From: Camelus dromedarius
Taxonomy: Eukaryota
DNA length: 64,000 bases
Reading direction: 5' to 3'
Assembly: GCF_036321535.1 (NCBI RefSeq)
Contig: NC_087436.1
Span: forward strand, 31,994,001-32,058,000
In this document: positions 25,601 through 38,370 of the stretch, piece after piece
Layout: the number at the start of each line of letters is the position of its first letter
Numbering within the stretch: position 1 is the first letter of the stretch
Notes under the pieces: generated by a model
Told to the model about the DNA's origin: nothing
The model's input: the letters and a program-made list of their open reading frames with translations, nothing else
The model's database searches: none
Program-made: the position numbers and the translations under genes

Positions 25601-26361
25601 AAGGCTGATGGGGCAATCCATGGAAACCTCTTTCCTGGAAACAGGATAGAACCCCCATGTGTTTGGCATTAGGTGGGTAAAGGATAGAAGAACATCACTG
25701 CAAGCTGGGTCCTGGTGGGGGTGGGGAGACAGGATGGGTCCTCAGTGTCTTCAGCAGCTGTGCCTTGGGACCCTAGGTAGGGAAGGACCCACCTTTCTGT
25801 CTGGGTTTTAGGTCTACTGAAGATAGTCATTCATTAACAAACAAACAAACAAATACCTCTCTGATTATATGTCTTTGAAGGCTTTGCTCAGATTTCCCTT
25901 TAAGAGACTTAAATGCACACACAAGGCACCACAAACCAGTTTAAAAAGAAAAAAAGAAAAGCCTGGCCAGTAATGGCATACAGAAACTGATACTTACGTG
26001 ATACTGTTAAGTGCACTCTTTTAAACCACTAATTCTTACTCCACGGAAAGTGGTCTTTATGTCAAAGTCATTAAGAGGTCCAACAGCTTGTATAACCAGC
26101 AAACCTCATGGTTGGTTAGCAGCTTTCAGGACTTGGATTCCCAGTGATAAACAAAAGAATTCCAAAGGCCACCATCCATAAACTCTCCATAGAAACATAT
26201 GGAACTACTTAAGTAGGTTGGCTCAGAGCTGTTGTTTTGAAAACAAGTATCCTCAGCCAGAATCTCCACTGAGTGCTATTTATTGAATGGTTAGAGAAGG
26301 GCAAGACCCCATGGGTCCTATAGGGCAGCTCTTTAGCAGTCTCAAACATTTTGCAGGTCTC

Positions 26362-26431
26362 TCTCCTGATACCCAGGAAAGGATACAAGAAGTCTGTCTC
26401 CTGATACCCAGGAAAGGATACAAGAAGTCTG
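26362..26431. repeat. Perfect 35-bp tandem duplication (2 copies)
   Basis: TCTCCTGATACCCAGGAAAGGATACAAGAAGTCTG at 26362-26396 and 26397-26431. Confidence 0.95.
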
Positions 26432-27199
26432 TACGTTTGTATCCATTCCACCAAAGGCATTGAGGACACTCATTAAGGAGCTTACTCTCCTTAAATATTC
26501 TTCTAAAAATCTCTGATTGCAAGGTCATAGGCCTCCAATTCTCTCATTTCTTACTCTTGAAACATTTTTGATTATCACTCCCATCGTTAAGATTCAACTG
26601 GCCACTCTGTCCTTTGGACTTTGACAATAGTCCTTCCAAACTGCTATGATATGATAAGTGCTTCCAAGCCAGTCTCCTCCTCCTGAACTGTAAGTTCCTT
26701 AGCTGCAGCTTTCATCTGCTTCTATTTCATATCTCCAGGATTTGGCTTAGTAGGTGCTTGACAATTCTTTTCTTGTTGTATTAATAAAATCTAATTAATT
26801 AAGATTATAAATTACTGAATAAATAATTAGGTCCTGGTCATCCTGACCAATAATAAGTTCTGAGTCAGTGGTAGAGCCATGACTAGAACTCGAAATTCTG
26901 ATACTCACTATGATGAGTTACTTCACAAGGACTTACAGCAAACCCGTTGTAATTGCTCTTGCTCTCTGAGGCCAGATTATGTGGCCATCAAGATGTGGAT
27001 GTAGGGTAGATTTGGGACCTATGGGTCATCATACTTCAAAACACAGACACAGCCAACCTTCTGGCTTGTGCTGTTTGAGTAATTTGTCCTGGTCCCAGAT
27101 CAACACAGATTGGCGTACTCTTCTTAAAACAAATATGGAGAGGTTTTTTCCCCCTCATTATTAAGTATTACTCAAGACTTTCTGTTTTAGCAAAATGCA

Positions 27200-29668
27200 G
27201 ACTAAGATAAATCTCACCATAAAAACACAGAAATGCTGGATAAAATATAATTTTTAAATGTTTTAAATTCATAGCTAAGCTCACAAGAAAGAAAAATCTT
27301 TAGGCACCAGAAACAAAGAGGTAATTGAAAACAGAACAAAGTTTCAAAGTGTCTGCTCATGATGTAGCTGCCGTATAGTGACAGAGAGTTTATTATTGAT
27401 CTATTCACCTAAGTGCTAGGAATTTCATGCTCATATGGGGATTTTAGGTGAGCACTGGCCCATGTGAGCAGAGAATTGGAACTGGAAACACTGCACAAAA
27501 GTTGCAACCCTTAAAGGACTGTACCCTATGTGAAGGGGCAGTCTAAGTAAAAAATCACCCATTAGTGTAGGGAGATATCAAGGAAATTGAACATGTAAAT
27601 GAATGGGTTAAACAGCAATTTGATATAGCAAGAGAATTCATAAACTGGAAAACAGATTTGAGGAAATTATACAAAAGGCACAAGACATAACAGTTTGGAA
27701 AATATAAAAGATTAAGAGACATGGAAGATGGAATAAGGAGGTCTAACATATATTTAATTCCAAAAATGGAACACAGGACACAAAAAAAATTTTTAAGATA
27801 ATGGCTGAATTTTTTTCCATAAATGACCAAGGGACTTAAATCTTGAAGTTCAGTAAGTTCTGAGAAGAATAAATTAAACTAAACCCAAAGCTAGCCACAA
27901 CATAATGAAACTTCAGCAATTCAAAGACAAAGAGATCTCAAAGTTCTATGCAAAAATAATCATGAACATAGAATTCAATGCCCAGCTAAACTCTCATTTA
28001 GAAGTGAAGGTAAACTACTTTTTTTAAAGACCAAGAAAGGTTACTACTCACAGATAATCATGCACCTCTATAATTGACTAAACTTTATGCTGTGATTTCT
28101 AAAAGCTAAAAACTGAACTGATGAAAGTATCCTAATGTTCTACTCCCTTGAACAACTATTATGACCCCTTTTTAGACCACATCCAAAATTCCATGGAGGG
28201 AGGCTAAAGCAGGGCAAGATTTGAGTTACAATTGAATAGAGGAAAGAAAATGATAAAGACTGAAAAATTAATGAACTAAAAGCAATGAAACAACAGAAAG
28301 AATCACAAAACCCAAATCACAAAACTCATTTGAAAACAAACTTTTAACAAGACTTTCAATAAAAAAGAGTAAGAATAAATGATGTGATGAACACAAGGAG
28401 ATGCAGTTATAAATATAGTTGATACCTGATAATCATAAAAGGATGCTTTGAATAATTACATTACAAAGTATTTAGAAACTAGAAAATAAGTGAAAAGGAC
28501 AGTCTCCTTGAAACAGCTGTAGAACCAAAACTAACTCAAAAAGAAAAAAAAAAAAAAAAAACCCTTGAACAACTGGAGAAATTGAACCAATAATTAAAAT
28601 GTACCCAGAACAAAATTTTAAAACATGGGCCTTAGGGAAGTTCTACCATGCTTTCAAGGAATAGACAATTCCAAAATCATCCAGAAAATAGAAAAAGAAG
28701 AGAAAGGAATCTACACACAAATATATTTATTTCATGAGGCAGCTATACCTTGATCCCCCAAACAGATACAAAACTGAAAAATCAATCTCATTTCTGAGCA
28801 AAACCCCAAAAATTCCAAACAAAATATTACCAGATGGATTTCATCAATGCATTTAAATATATATGGATATATAGTAATATTTTACTAATTTTTAAAATCT
28901 TACAATTATATATTAAGAGAAAAATATACATATAATTCAATACATACAGAAAAAAATATTTTATAAAATTCAATCATCTTTTAATGATTAAATTGATAGC
29001 TAACAAAAAACAAAAGTGAACTTAACCTGATAAAAAGTACTTACTAAAAATATACAGCAAATATTATACTTAATGATGAAATTCAGAAACACTCATTTAA
29101 ATTCCAAACAAAAGAAAAGCTTCCATTATGATCGCTTCTAGTTAATTTTATCCTAGAGGATATAAACAACACAATAAGATAAGAAATAAGAGGAGTAAAG
29201 GATTGGAAAGGAAGAAACAGAACTGTAATTATTTGTAGATTATGTAAGGGAGTTCAGCAAGGCTAGTGGATTAAAATATCAACGTATACATAAAAATAGA
29301 ATGCTTATACATCAGCCACAAAAAACTAGAAAATGTAATTTTAAAATAGATTCCATTTACAATAGCAACAACAAAAAGAAAAACAAATAAAGACCTAGGA
29401 ATAAACATAACAATAGATGTGTAAGACTTCATGAAGAAAAAAATTATAAAAATGTATTGACAGACTAAAAGAAAAACTAAATAAATGGAGCTATATAATT
29501 ATTTATTCATGAACTGGAACACTCAAAATCATAAATATCTCAGTTATCCTCAAATTACTCTACCAATTGAATACAATTCCAATAAATGAAGTTTTTAATA
29601 GAACTTGATAGTATAATCTAATGCATATAAAAGAATAAAATGTCAAGAATAGACAAGAAACATTTCTG
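27200..29668 (+). mobile_element. Highly decayed old L1M: 5'/ORF1 and ORF2 fragments
   Basis: ORF1-like agagacatggaagatggaataaggaggtctaacatatatttaatt; ORF2-like ggattggaaaggaagaaacagaactgtaattatttgtagat, ttccatttacaatagcaaca. No intact frame. Confidence 0.75.
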
Positions 29669-31363
29669 AAAGACACAAGAGTAGACTTGGATAAATGGAA
29701 AGACATCTGTTCTTGGATAGGACAACTCAATGTTGTGAACATGTCAGTTCCTCCTAAGTTAATTTATATATTTAAAGCAATCTTGATGATAATATCAACA
29801 AATGTCTTCATGAAGTTAGACAAATTGATATTGAAGTTCCTATTAAAAACAAAACAAAACATGAAACAATAGTCACAAAAACACAAAAAAATAGAAAACC
29901 AATGGAGGTGAGAAGAGAGGAGCCCTACCACATTAAACATAATATGAATCCTTTATGATTAAAACAGTGTGACGCTAGCAGTAGACAAATAGGTCAGTGG
30001 ACTAGAACAGAAAGCTCAGAAGTAGACACGAGTTCATATGGAATTTTTATACGTTATTAAGGTGGCATCTCAAATCGTTGATACAAAGATGGACTTTATA
30101 ATAAATGGTGCTCAAACAACTGGACATTATTGGGAAAAAGATAAATTAGATCTATAACTTACACCATACACACAAAAAAATCCAAATGGACCAGAAATCT
30201 AAATGGAAAAAAAAAATGAAACCACCTGAAAGAAAGCAGGGGGACTTCCTCTTCAGCCCTTAGTATGGGAAAGACTTTCTAACTATGACTCAAAATCCAG
30301 AAACAATAAAAGATTGAAAATTTTGACTACATAAAAAATGTTTTAAATTGCATGGCAAATAAAGTGTGGCACTGAAATGCAATCAAAAGGCACTGACAAA
30401 TTGAGAGAAAATATCTGCAGCATATACAACAAAATGCTAATAACCCTGAGGGATCAAAACCCCATACAAAAAAGGGGAAGAGACATGAATAAAGATTTCA
30501 CAAAAATGGATATGAAAATCTTTAAATTCACTCATAAGTAGAGAAATAATGTTAAGATAATACTATGATACCATGTTGTACCTCTTAGATTAGGAAAAAT
30601 AAAAAAGCACAAGGACATAATCTGTTGGTAAGCTTATAGGAAAAAGGCATTTTCACATAATGCTGATGGTAATGCAAATTGGTACAGCCTTCTGGAGGAA
30701 AGCTTGGCAATACCTAACAAAACTATGTATGCACTTATCTTTTAATTCAGTATTCTCACTTACTGGAATCTATCCTGCAGATACACCTCCAACAACACTC
30801 ATAAAAAAATGTATGCCACAATTAGTCATTGCAGCATTGTTTGAAATTGCAAAAACTTGGAAACAACTGAAATTCCCATATACAGGGGAACAGCTGAATA
30901 AACTATGGTACATTCACTTAATGAAGCATGATGCAGCAGTAAAAAAAAAAAAAAAAAAATTAATGTGGAAGAGCTCTGTGATTTCCAGGACATACTGGTA
31001 AATTTTTGTTTTAAAGCAAAGTGAAAAAGAGTATCTATTGTGCTGCTCCATATAAAAAAGAAGAAATATGAGAAAAAGCACACCAGCTTATTTGTGCAAA
31101 TGTAAAAGAAATACAGGAAGATTAATCAGAAGCTAATTGAGATTGGTTACTTAGCAGGGGCAGGTGAGAACAGAGTGGAAAGAATGGGAGAACAGGAAGG
31201 AGGATAAGTGAGGAAGCCATACTTCCCTGAGAATACATTTTTGCATAGTTCTGATTCTTAGAACCATGGCATGATGGTTAATTCTGTGTGTCAACTTGAC
31301 TGGCCACAGGGCACCTAGATTAAACATTATTATTTCTGGATGAGGATGTTTCCAGATGACATT

Positions 31364-31514
31364 GAGGTTTTGCTATTAACTTTGGTGTTTTGCACCTTTT
31401 GGGGGGGGTAATTAGGTTCATTCATGTAGCTATTTAATGGAGGTCCTGGGGACTGAACCCAGGACCTCGTGCTTGCTAAGCATGCACTCTACCACTGAGC
31501 TATACCTTCCCCGC
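31364..31514 (-). mobile_element. tRNA-Ala-derived SINE, camelid vic-1-like
   Basis: On -: GGGGAAGGTATAGCTCAGTGGTAGAGTGCATGCTTAGCAAGCACGAGGTCCTGGGTTCAGTCCCCAGGACCTCCATTAAATA...CCTAATTACCCCC, with A and B boxes. Exact 13-bp TSD TCCAGATGACATT (31351-31363, 31515-31527). Confidence 0.9.
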
Positions 31515-31855
31515 TCCAGATGACATTAATATTTGAATCAGTGCACTCAGTAAATCAGAGCCCCAATGTGAGTGGGCATTATCCAATTCAGTGAGGGCCT
31601 GAATAGAGCAAAAGGGCATAGGAAAGAGAAATTCAACCCTTTTTTCCTATTTCAATACTGAGCTGGAACATCTCATCTCATCTTCTTCTGCCTTCTAACT
31701 GGGACTTAAACCATCAATTCCTCTGGTTCTCAGGCCTTTGGACAGGGACTGAATTATATCACTGGCATTCCTGGATTCCCAGCCTGCAGACAGCAGTTCA
31801 TGGGACTTCTCAGCCTACATAATTGTATAAGCCAATTCCCATTTTATACATATAT

Positions 31856-31932
<77 letters not shown>

Positions 31933-31942
31933 GTATGTATAT
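31856..31942. repeat. Compound microsatellite (TA)n(AC)25(AT)n inside MLT2
   Basis: Uninterrupted AC run 31873-31922 flanked by TA runs. Confidence 0.95.
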
Positions 31943-34649
31943 GGTCTATTGGTTCTGTTTCTCTGGAGAACACTGATGAATACACATGGTAATCTTTCAC
32001 ATATAAAAAATAATGAAAATCAACAGAATATGATGAGAACCTCAAATGGAATACAAATAGTAACAAATGAACCTAATTGTATTACAAATACTAACAGAAC
32101 CAAAGCGAAGTGAGTGGCAAATAAAAAAACTAACCTAAGTATCTTTGGAAAATAATATTTTGACTGGATATTGTAAGGATAAAAAAAGTACAAAAAATTC
32201 TATACTCTATGTCAGTATGGGTTGATATTCTGACCTACTTGATGTATATACTAGGATCAAAAGATTAAGTAAATATATTGTGGATAATAAAAGCTAGGTT
32301 TCTCAGTGTCAACAACCAAAAAAGCTACAAATAAGAAGAGAAAGGCTAGAATGAAATTTGTGGCGTTGAGTAAGGTAAGAACATATGGTTTTAAATATGT
32401 ATACATATGACTAGATGCAGAAATAAATATGAATGTACATATTTCTGATAGGCTGACTGAAAAGGACCGGAAACAATGACATCCTGTAGCAATACGCATG
32501 CCTGGTGCCCAGATCTTGGTTCAAAATACCATTCTTTAATAAAAGGAATCAGGGCTACAGAATTAACCCCAGAAAAGTAGTTGAGTCCAGGGGTAGGATA
32601 AGAAATAAAGAAAATGGTCTGGAACAACCTATGCTTCCAAGTATATGCTCAACAATCATTCGGGGCAGAGAAGCAACTTGAAGGAGCTCCCAAAGACCAA
32701 AGCTGGTTCAATTTCAGCAACAAAATAAATAATGATGGTATTGAATTATGACCTATGAGCCCATACTAATATAAATTTAAAACTGAAAACATAAGCAGAA
32801 GAGACAGCTCTTTCTTACAATGGATTTCAATTAATAACTTTGGAAGAAATTATGGGAAACAGATCACCATTAGGCAAACACACAGTGATAAATGTTTCAG
32901 GCAGGAACCATCAGTGGATGCTAAAATCAGTGGGCAAAAGTATGACAAGAAATAGCATATTTGCATAGTCTCTCCCCAGAAGATACTTATTGATTGCCAA
33001 GGGAAAAATAGCAGCTTCACAGTTGAGGAACTTGGCAGACATCACCTTAACCAAGTGATAATGGCGAACATCAACAGTAATAAATAATATTGACATCATG
33101 TGGCCTCTGACAGTTTGTGCTAAGATGGGCACAGTGTCACTGGAGTGATAACCTTGCCAAAAAAATGTAATGATCTCAATGTAATAATGAAAAAACAAAA
33201 GTCCACTCCAAATTAAGGAACACTATAAGTAACTAATCAGCTCTCCTCAACAGTGTTGAGGCCATGAAAGACAAAAAAGGTTGAAGCTATGACACAGATG
33301 GAGAAGACTAAGGAGACATGACAACTAAATATAATGTAAGACCCTGGATTGGATCCTGGACAAGAAAAAAGAAATTACTGGGAAATCTGGTGAAATTTAA
33401 AGAAATCTATAGATAAGATGACAGTATTAATTCCAGTGTTAATTTCCTGGCTTCCATACTCTTACTATGATTATATAAGATAACAACATTAGGGGAAACC
33501 GAGTTTAGGGAATACAAGGACTCTCTGTCCTGCTTTTGCAACTTTTATGTAACTTTAAAATTATTTCTAAATTTAAAAAATTCTAATAGATTTGAAAAAA
33601 AGTAAAACAATATAACTTCTTTCTGCACAAAGTCTGCTTTTCAAGATGATTACCTCCCTAAAGAAATCAAGAACGTCAACTCTGATTCAAACTAGATTAA
33701 TTTTTCTGTTGTTTCAGGTAATTTCCATTTTTTCCTTCCTAGTACAAAAATTCTCATGGCACAAACTAGGAAATGGACAGCTCCAAGGAAACATGACTTA
33801 TATGGGGAAAACTGAAAGGTGGTTTAATATTTGCAAAAGATTTCCGCTGTTTATAAAAGGAGATGACCATCTTAATATTAATATGTGTTTTTATAATCCT
33901 TTTCTAAGGTGCAAAGGCCATCAGGCTCAGAAGTCAAAATCTAACATGGATAAAAAAATGTTTTTAAATCAACATGGAACGTGATATTGGAAACAAATAT
34001 CATGAAGTGAAAACTGGAGACTCAGGGAAGGCATTCAAAATGTAGCCAGTGGCTGCATGATGAGCAGTCAAATGGCAATTTTGGTCCAAAGAAGCAGTTT
34101 AGGTCACTCTCTCACTTCCACTGACAGTGATATTTTTAAAAAGTCAAATACATTGCTGCAATTATTTTTCATGTTTCTAAAAATATACCCATTTACTTTG
34201 GTGTTTTTAATCACGTTTGTCAAAATCATGAAGAACATAACATTTCCACTAATCTTCAGTAATCTGCAGACAAAAATGAGAAACACCACACCTTCGTTCT
34301 TCCATTTCTGTGACATCCTAAAACGCATCATCAGTTTCACCTCCTTCTGTCTAGAGTCACAGTTACTGTTTACTGTGTCTTATTTCCCTATGAATATGTG
34401 TCCCCTGTATCTGGTCATGTATTGGCCCTAAGGCCATGCCTTGTACGTAGTAGATGTTAAATAAAAACAATGATGTCTGGGGCTAATGAGATGTTGTAAA
34501 TTTGAGGGTGATGATTAGGGCTGAGTAACAAGATATCAACATTCATTTCGTAGATAATTATTTAATGGATGTGGTAGGTACTAAGTGGTATGCTAAGTGG
34601 TAGGCACTGTGCTAGGCATAGAAATACAAACATGGATGCAAATAATAGG

Positions 34650-34830
34650 GCTTGCTTAATAGTGCATACGGGGTCTCAGGCACTATTTTAGGCACTTCAC
34701 ATATATTAACTTTATTAGCCCTCAAAATGACTCTGTAAGGTTATTTTAGAGATGAGGAAACTGAGAGATTAACTAACTTGCCCAAGGTTACACAGTTAAA
34801 GAGACAAGAGCAAGCATTTAAACTGGATGG
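34650..34830 (-). mobile_element. MIR SINE
   Basis: ttttagagatgaggaaactgag...taacttgcccaaggttacacag. Confidence 0.8.
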
Positions 34831-36079
34831 AGATATCTAGTAGACTTTTGGAGAGATATTTGCCCAGAGAAAGTATGTATCATGTAGAGTAGGAAGAGGG
34901 CCAATAACCGGAAGCTGATGTCAACTCATAGAGGAATAGGTTCTTTAACCCAATCTGAGTCTTATATACAAGGCAACTGACAAGGGTTGTAGAATTAAAG
35001 TCTAAAGACACATGAGCCCACGCTTCACAATATAATCAAGTTTACATCTAAAGAATCTAGTACCTCACTAGGAAAGTGAAGGCTTCCAGTTTATGGGTAA
35101 AATTAAGAAAAAGAATTGGAAACAACAGAAGCCCATACCAAAAACAGACAGTTAAACTTCAAGTAGTGATGAATACCTTCTCTTCAAGAGGCATATAAAT
35201 CTTAGAAGTAAGTTAAGCCACGAACAATACGAAAGTTTCAGCTATCCAACTCAGTGTGATGGGGTTTTAGATGGGTGCTATTTGTTTTACAATAATAAAA
35301 TAGATATTAATTAAGTTCCAGTTCCATTTCTGGCTCATAGTTGATACAAAGACTGCCCACTCCATTGCAGTTTATGCTGAGCTGGGTGATATATATTCAA
35401 TATCAGCCACAGTGAAAGAAAAAAGTTTGTGGGTAAAGTAGATGTTTGGATAAACAGGAAGAGAAGCCTTCCTGCCAAAATCTAGTAGCAAAGAGAAAAA
35501 AAAATTCAAACAAACCAGGAAGCATGGGGAAAAGTAAGCACATCTAAGGTCGGTTCACAGTTCCAAGTTCTGCAGTTCTTCCTAGAGCATAGTCGCTTCT
35601 TTTCACTTTCCATGTAATCACATTGCTTACAGACCCTTGAATATCCTATTTCAAGAATTTTAAAAATTAAATTACAGATATTCCAGGAATAATCTGGGGA
35701 CATGTTTGCTTCTGTTAACAGAAAGAAGAGCTTTTGAAATACTGTGACATTTTACTACTACTTCCTTCAAAAATATATAAAGTAATGACATATGTAACTA
35801 CAGAGCCAACATAAGTAATGGTGAAGCAGAACATAAAAAGAAGCTGCAGTGTTTCCTACTGCCTTTACCACAAAATTTGGATCACCTGGGACCCAATTAT
35901 TGAGACTTGGAAGCAGGGGTATTTTGGAAAAAAATGAATAAGGGCTGAAAGGTAACAATAAAATATTAAGGTTAGGTCAATTATATCTCTATAAAGCTGG
36001 GAAAACATCAGGGATTGCAAAAATAAAGCAAAAACAAATACCTTCTATAACAGATGTAACAGACATAGATTTAATATTA

Positions 36080-36500
36080 CTCTCATTTCCTTCTCTTCCC
36101 ACCACTTCTGCTAAATGGGCATAACCAGAGGAGGACATCTAATGCAAAGGCAGCCAATCCATGGGCATGTCAGCAATCAATGACCCGGGATCTGAGTAGA
36201 ACAGATGAGGTCAGCCAATCAGATTCCTCCCTTAGGAATCTGAACCAAAAGACTCTAGGGAAATTTTCAGTTAGAGGTAGGGGCAAAAGCCAAATGGACA
36301 CACCAGGAGGTGCCATGATGTAGACAATTCTGGAGTCCCTATTATGCGTCACATACATGCCGTGGTTGTGAAAGCCAGGCAATAGGGAAAAGAGGGTGGA
36401 GGCAACATGCAAAAAAAAAAATATTTTGATTATGTGGCCACAGAGAGGAGGAGAGGGAGGGCAAGAATGGCCTTGATTCATGACAGCTTCCCTTTAGATC
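36080..36500 (+). mobile_element. Possible old ERVL LTR fragment (LTR16/LTR33-like)
   Basis: cagccaatcagattcctcccttaggaatctgaa motif; very diverged. Confidence 0.4.
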
Positions 36501-36699
36501 CAACTATAATTCAATTTCTGTCTGGATTTCTCTGAAATCTCTGAAACCTAAGGTTTCTTACACGTGAAAAAAGCCCTAAGCGAAACAATACATCCTAAGG
36601 TTAGTACACTTCTGACCAATCTTCTATACTTTATTTCTCTGCAAGGACTGGTGCCTAGAAGAAAGGCCTTTGATTAATCAAGGAAACAATTTGCTGTAA

Positions 36700-37100
36700 A
36701 GGAAATTGGTTCCACTGCTATTTATGTAATCTTGGGCAATTCACTTATCTCCCAAACCTCACTTTTCTCAACTATTAAAAAAAAATACATTTTAGGCTTG
36801 TTGTAGAAATAACAATAATGTGTATAGAGCACCTGGCCCCTGACACTCAAAACTTAGTAGTTGTCATCTTCCAAATAAAACCTAAGACTTGTTCAATGCT
36901 CTTCTGCTTTCTTTATCTAACGTGATAGACTCTACAGCCCTGAAGTAGGTAAGCCAAGTGTTACCATCTCCATTGTACAGCAGGCTTAATGAAGATCTAT
37001 AACTCCCCAGGACCGTAGAGCTGGCAAGTGAAAAAAAAACAGACTTGAACACGGGGCTTATGACTGCCAGCCAATTTGTATTTTTCACCAGATAGCCTCT
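36700..37100. mobile_element. Two MIR fragments, tail-to-tail (+ then -)
   Basis: tgtaatcttgggcaattcacttatctc (+); gtgttaccatctccattgtacag...agagctggcaagtg..gacttgaac (-). Confidence 0.6.
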
Positions 37101-38119
37101 CATTTCATCAAAATCCAGAGAGTAATACACTCATGGATTTGGAAAAAAATTGCAACCAAGAAGCTGAAAAATTATGGAGAGAAGGGTCCTGATTAACCCT
37201 CAGTTCAAAAGAAAAATGTATTCCATTAAAATTCCCTTTCCCTGGACATTCCTGATTTGGGATTTTATAGTTCTTTGAAATACCACAAGATCAAATAAAT
37301 GCACACATGTATCACTCCATGAATAATGGAAATATTGGTACTTTCTAGGGGAGAGGAAGAAAAATTCATTATGTTAGACAATCCCGGAAGAATGACACAA
37401 GAGACCAAGACCAATGCAAGTAAATGTAGAAAAGGAAGGAAGAAGAGGGGGAGGGAGGAAATTATTTCTGGCACACCTAATTACTACAGAAACTCTCCTC
37501 CTAATCCCCAGGGTAATTCACACTTTTATAGATCAGTATGACAAATTACTTTTTTAGATTTTAGTAAAATAATCCTGAAAGTGTCAGATTTAGATTGTGA
37601 ACATACTTTGTTAGATGCAATGGCAGTTCTAAATAAAAGTTAGTTGCTAAATCTAAGTTTCCAACATATTCCTTTTATATAAAATAAGAAAGGTTTTAAT
37701 TATTGTACATATTTACCTTCTAATGATTTGAATCACTATAACATTAAAACTATAGCCATGTCCTACTATAGAAAACTCAGAGGTGCAAAACTTCCACTTC
37801 ATGAGAATTCTGGTTGGCACCTGGAACACTGTGAACACACAATACAGACTAAGCACTGTTCATTCCTGTTGGCAGCCTTGACAGGAAGATCCAGGTCAGA
37901 TGAGATGAAGCCCACAAGACGCTCATCTAACTGCTCCAGGGCCTCAGGTTCCTTGACAGCATGACCTCTAAGGTCTCACCTAGATGAAATTTCTAAGCTC
38001 CATAAACTTTCTCTCTGAGCCACTTCTTCGAATAAAGTTTAATGAGAATATCAGATGACCAAACTGCCTCATGAGTCCAGTCCATGTTCATTAAGCCCTG
38101 CATATCTTGTATGGCCCCA

Positions 38120-38370
38120 AAGCCTAGTGACCATGGTCTTGGGATTAGGACCTTGAACTTTGGCATTTATGAGCTGTGTCACCCTAGAAAAGTAACCTCA
38201 TCTCTCTGTACTTTAATTTACCCAACCATAAAATGGGATAATACCTACTTCATAGGAATGATGGGAGGATTAAATGAGTTACTGAGTTTAGTACACATTA
38301 AATGAATGCTTAAGAGAATGCCTACAACACTGAGTTCTCAGTAATTGTTAGCTGCTCTTATTATCATCTT
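38120..38370 (+). mobile_element. MIR SINE
   Basis: gagctgtgtcaccctagaaaagt...taaaatgggataatacctacttcatagga..ggaggattaaatgagtt. Confidence 0.8.

Larger units (their letters stand above)
31270..31984 (+). mobile_element. ERVL solo LTR, MLT2 family
   Basis: tgatggttaattctgtgtgtcaacttgactggccaca...ctattggttctgtttctctggagaacactgatgaataca; exact 5-bp TSD CATGG (31265-31269, 31985-31989). Confidence 0.9.
29670..33590 (+). mobile_element. L1MC-like element: ORF2 3' half + long 3'UTR
   Basis: ORF2 remnants (DKWKDICSWIGQLNVVNMSVPPKLIY; ALFEIAKTWKQLK). 3'UTR motifs aaaggaatcagggct, cttggcagacatcaccttaaccaagtgat, ggattggatcctggaca, end cttttgcaacttttatgtaac. Confidence 0.8.

Noticed and set aside
26362..26431. 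CRISPR-like 35-bp direct repeat
   Set aside because: Only two directly adjacent copies, no spacers, mammalian context.
28538..30959. Long A runs at ~28544-28561 and 30941-30959 as separate insertions
   Set aside because: No flanking TSDs; they sit at A-rich positions of L1 and are better explained by slippage.
31440..31514. tRNA-Ala gene on -
   Set aside because: It is the head of a SINE: followed by the SINE body and tail, flanked by a 13-bp TSD, with no clean acceptor-stem pairing.
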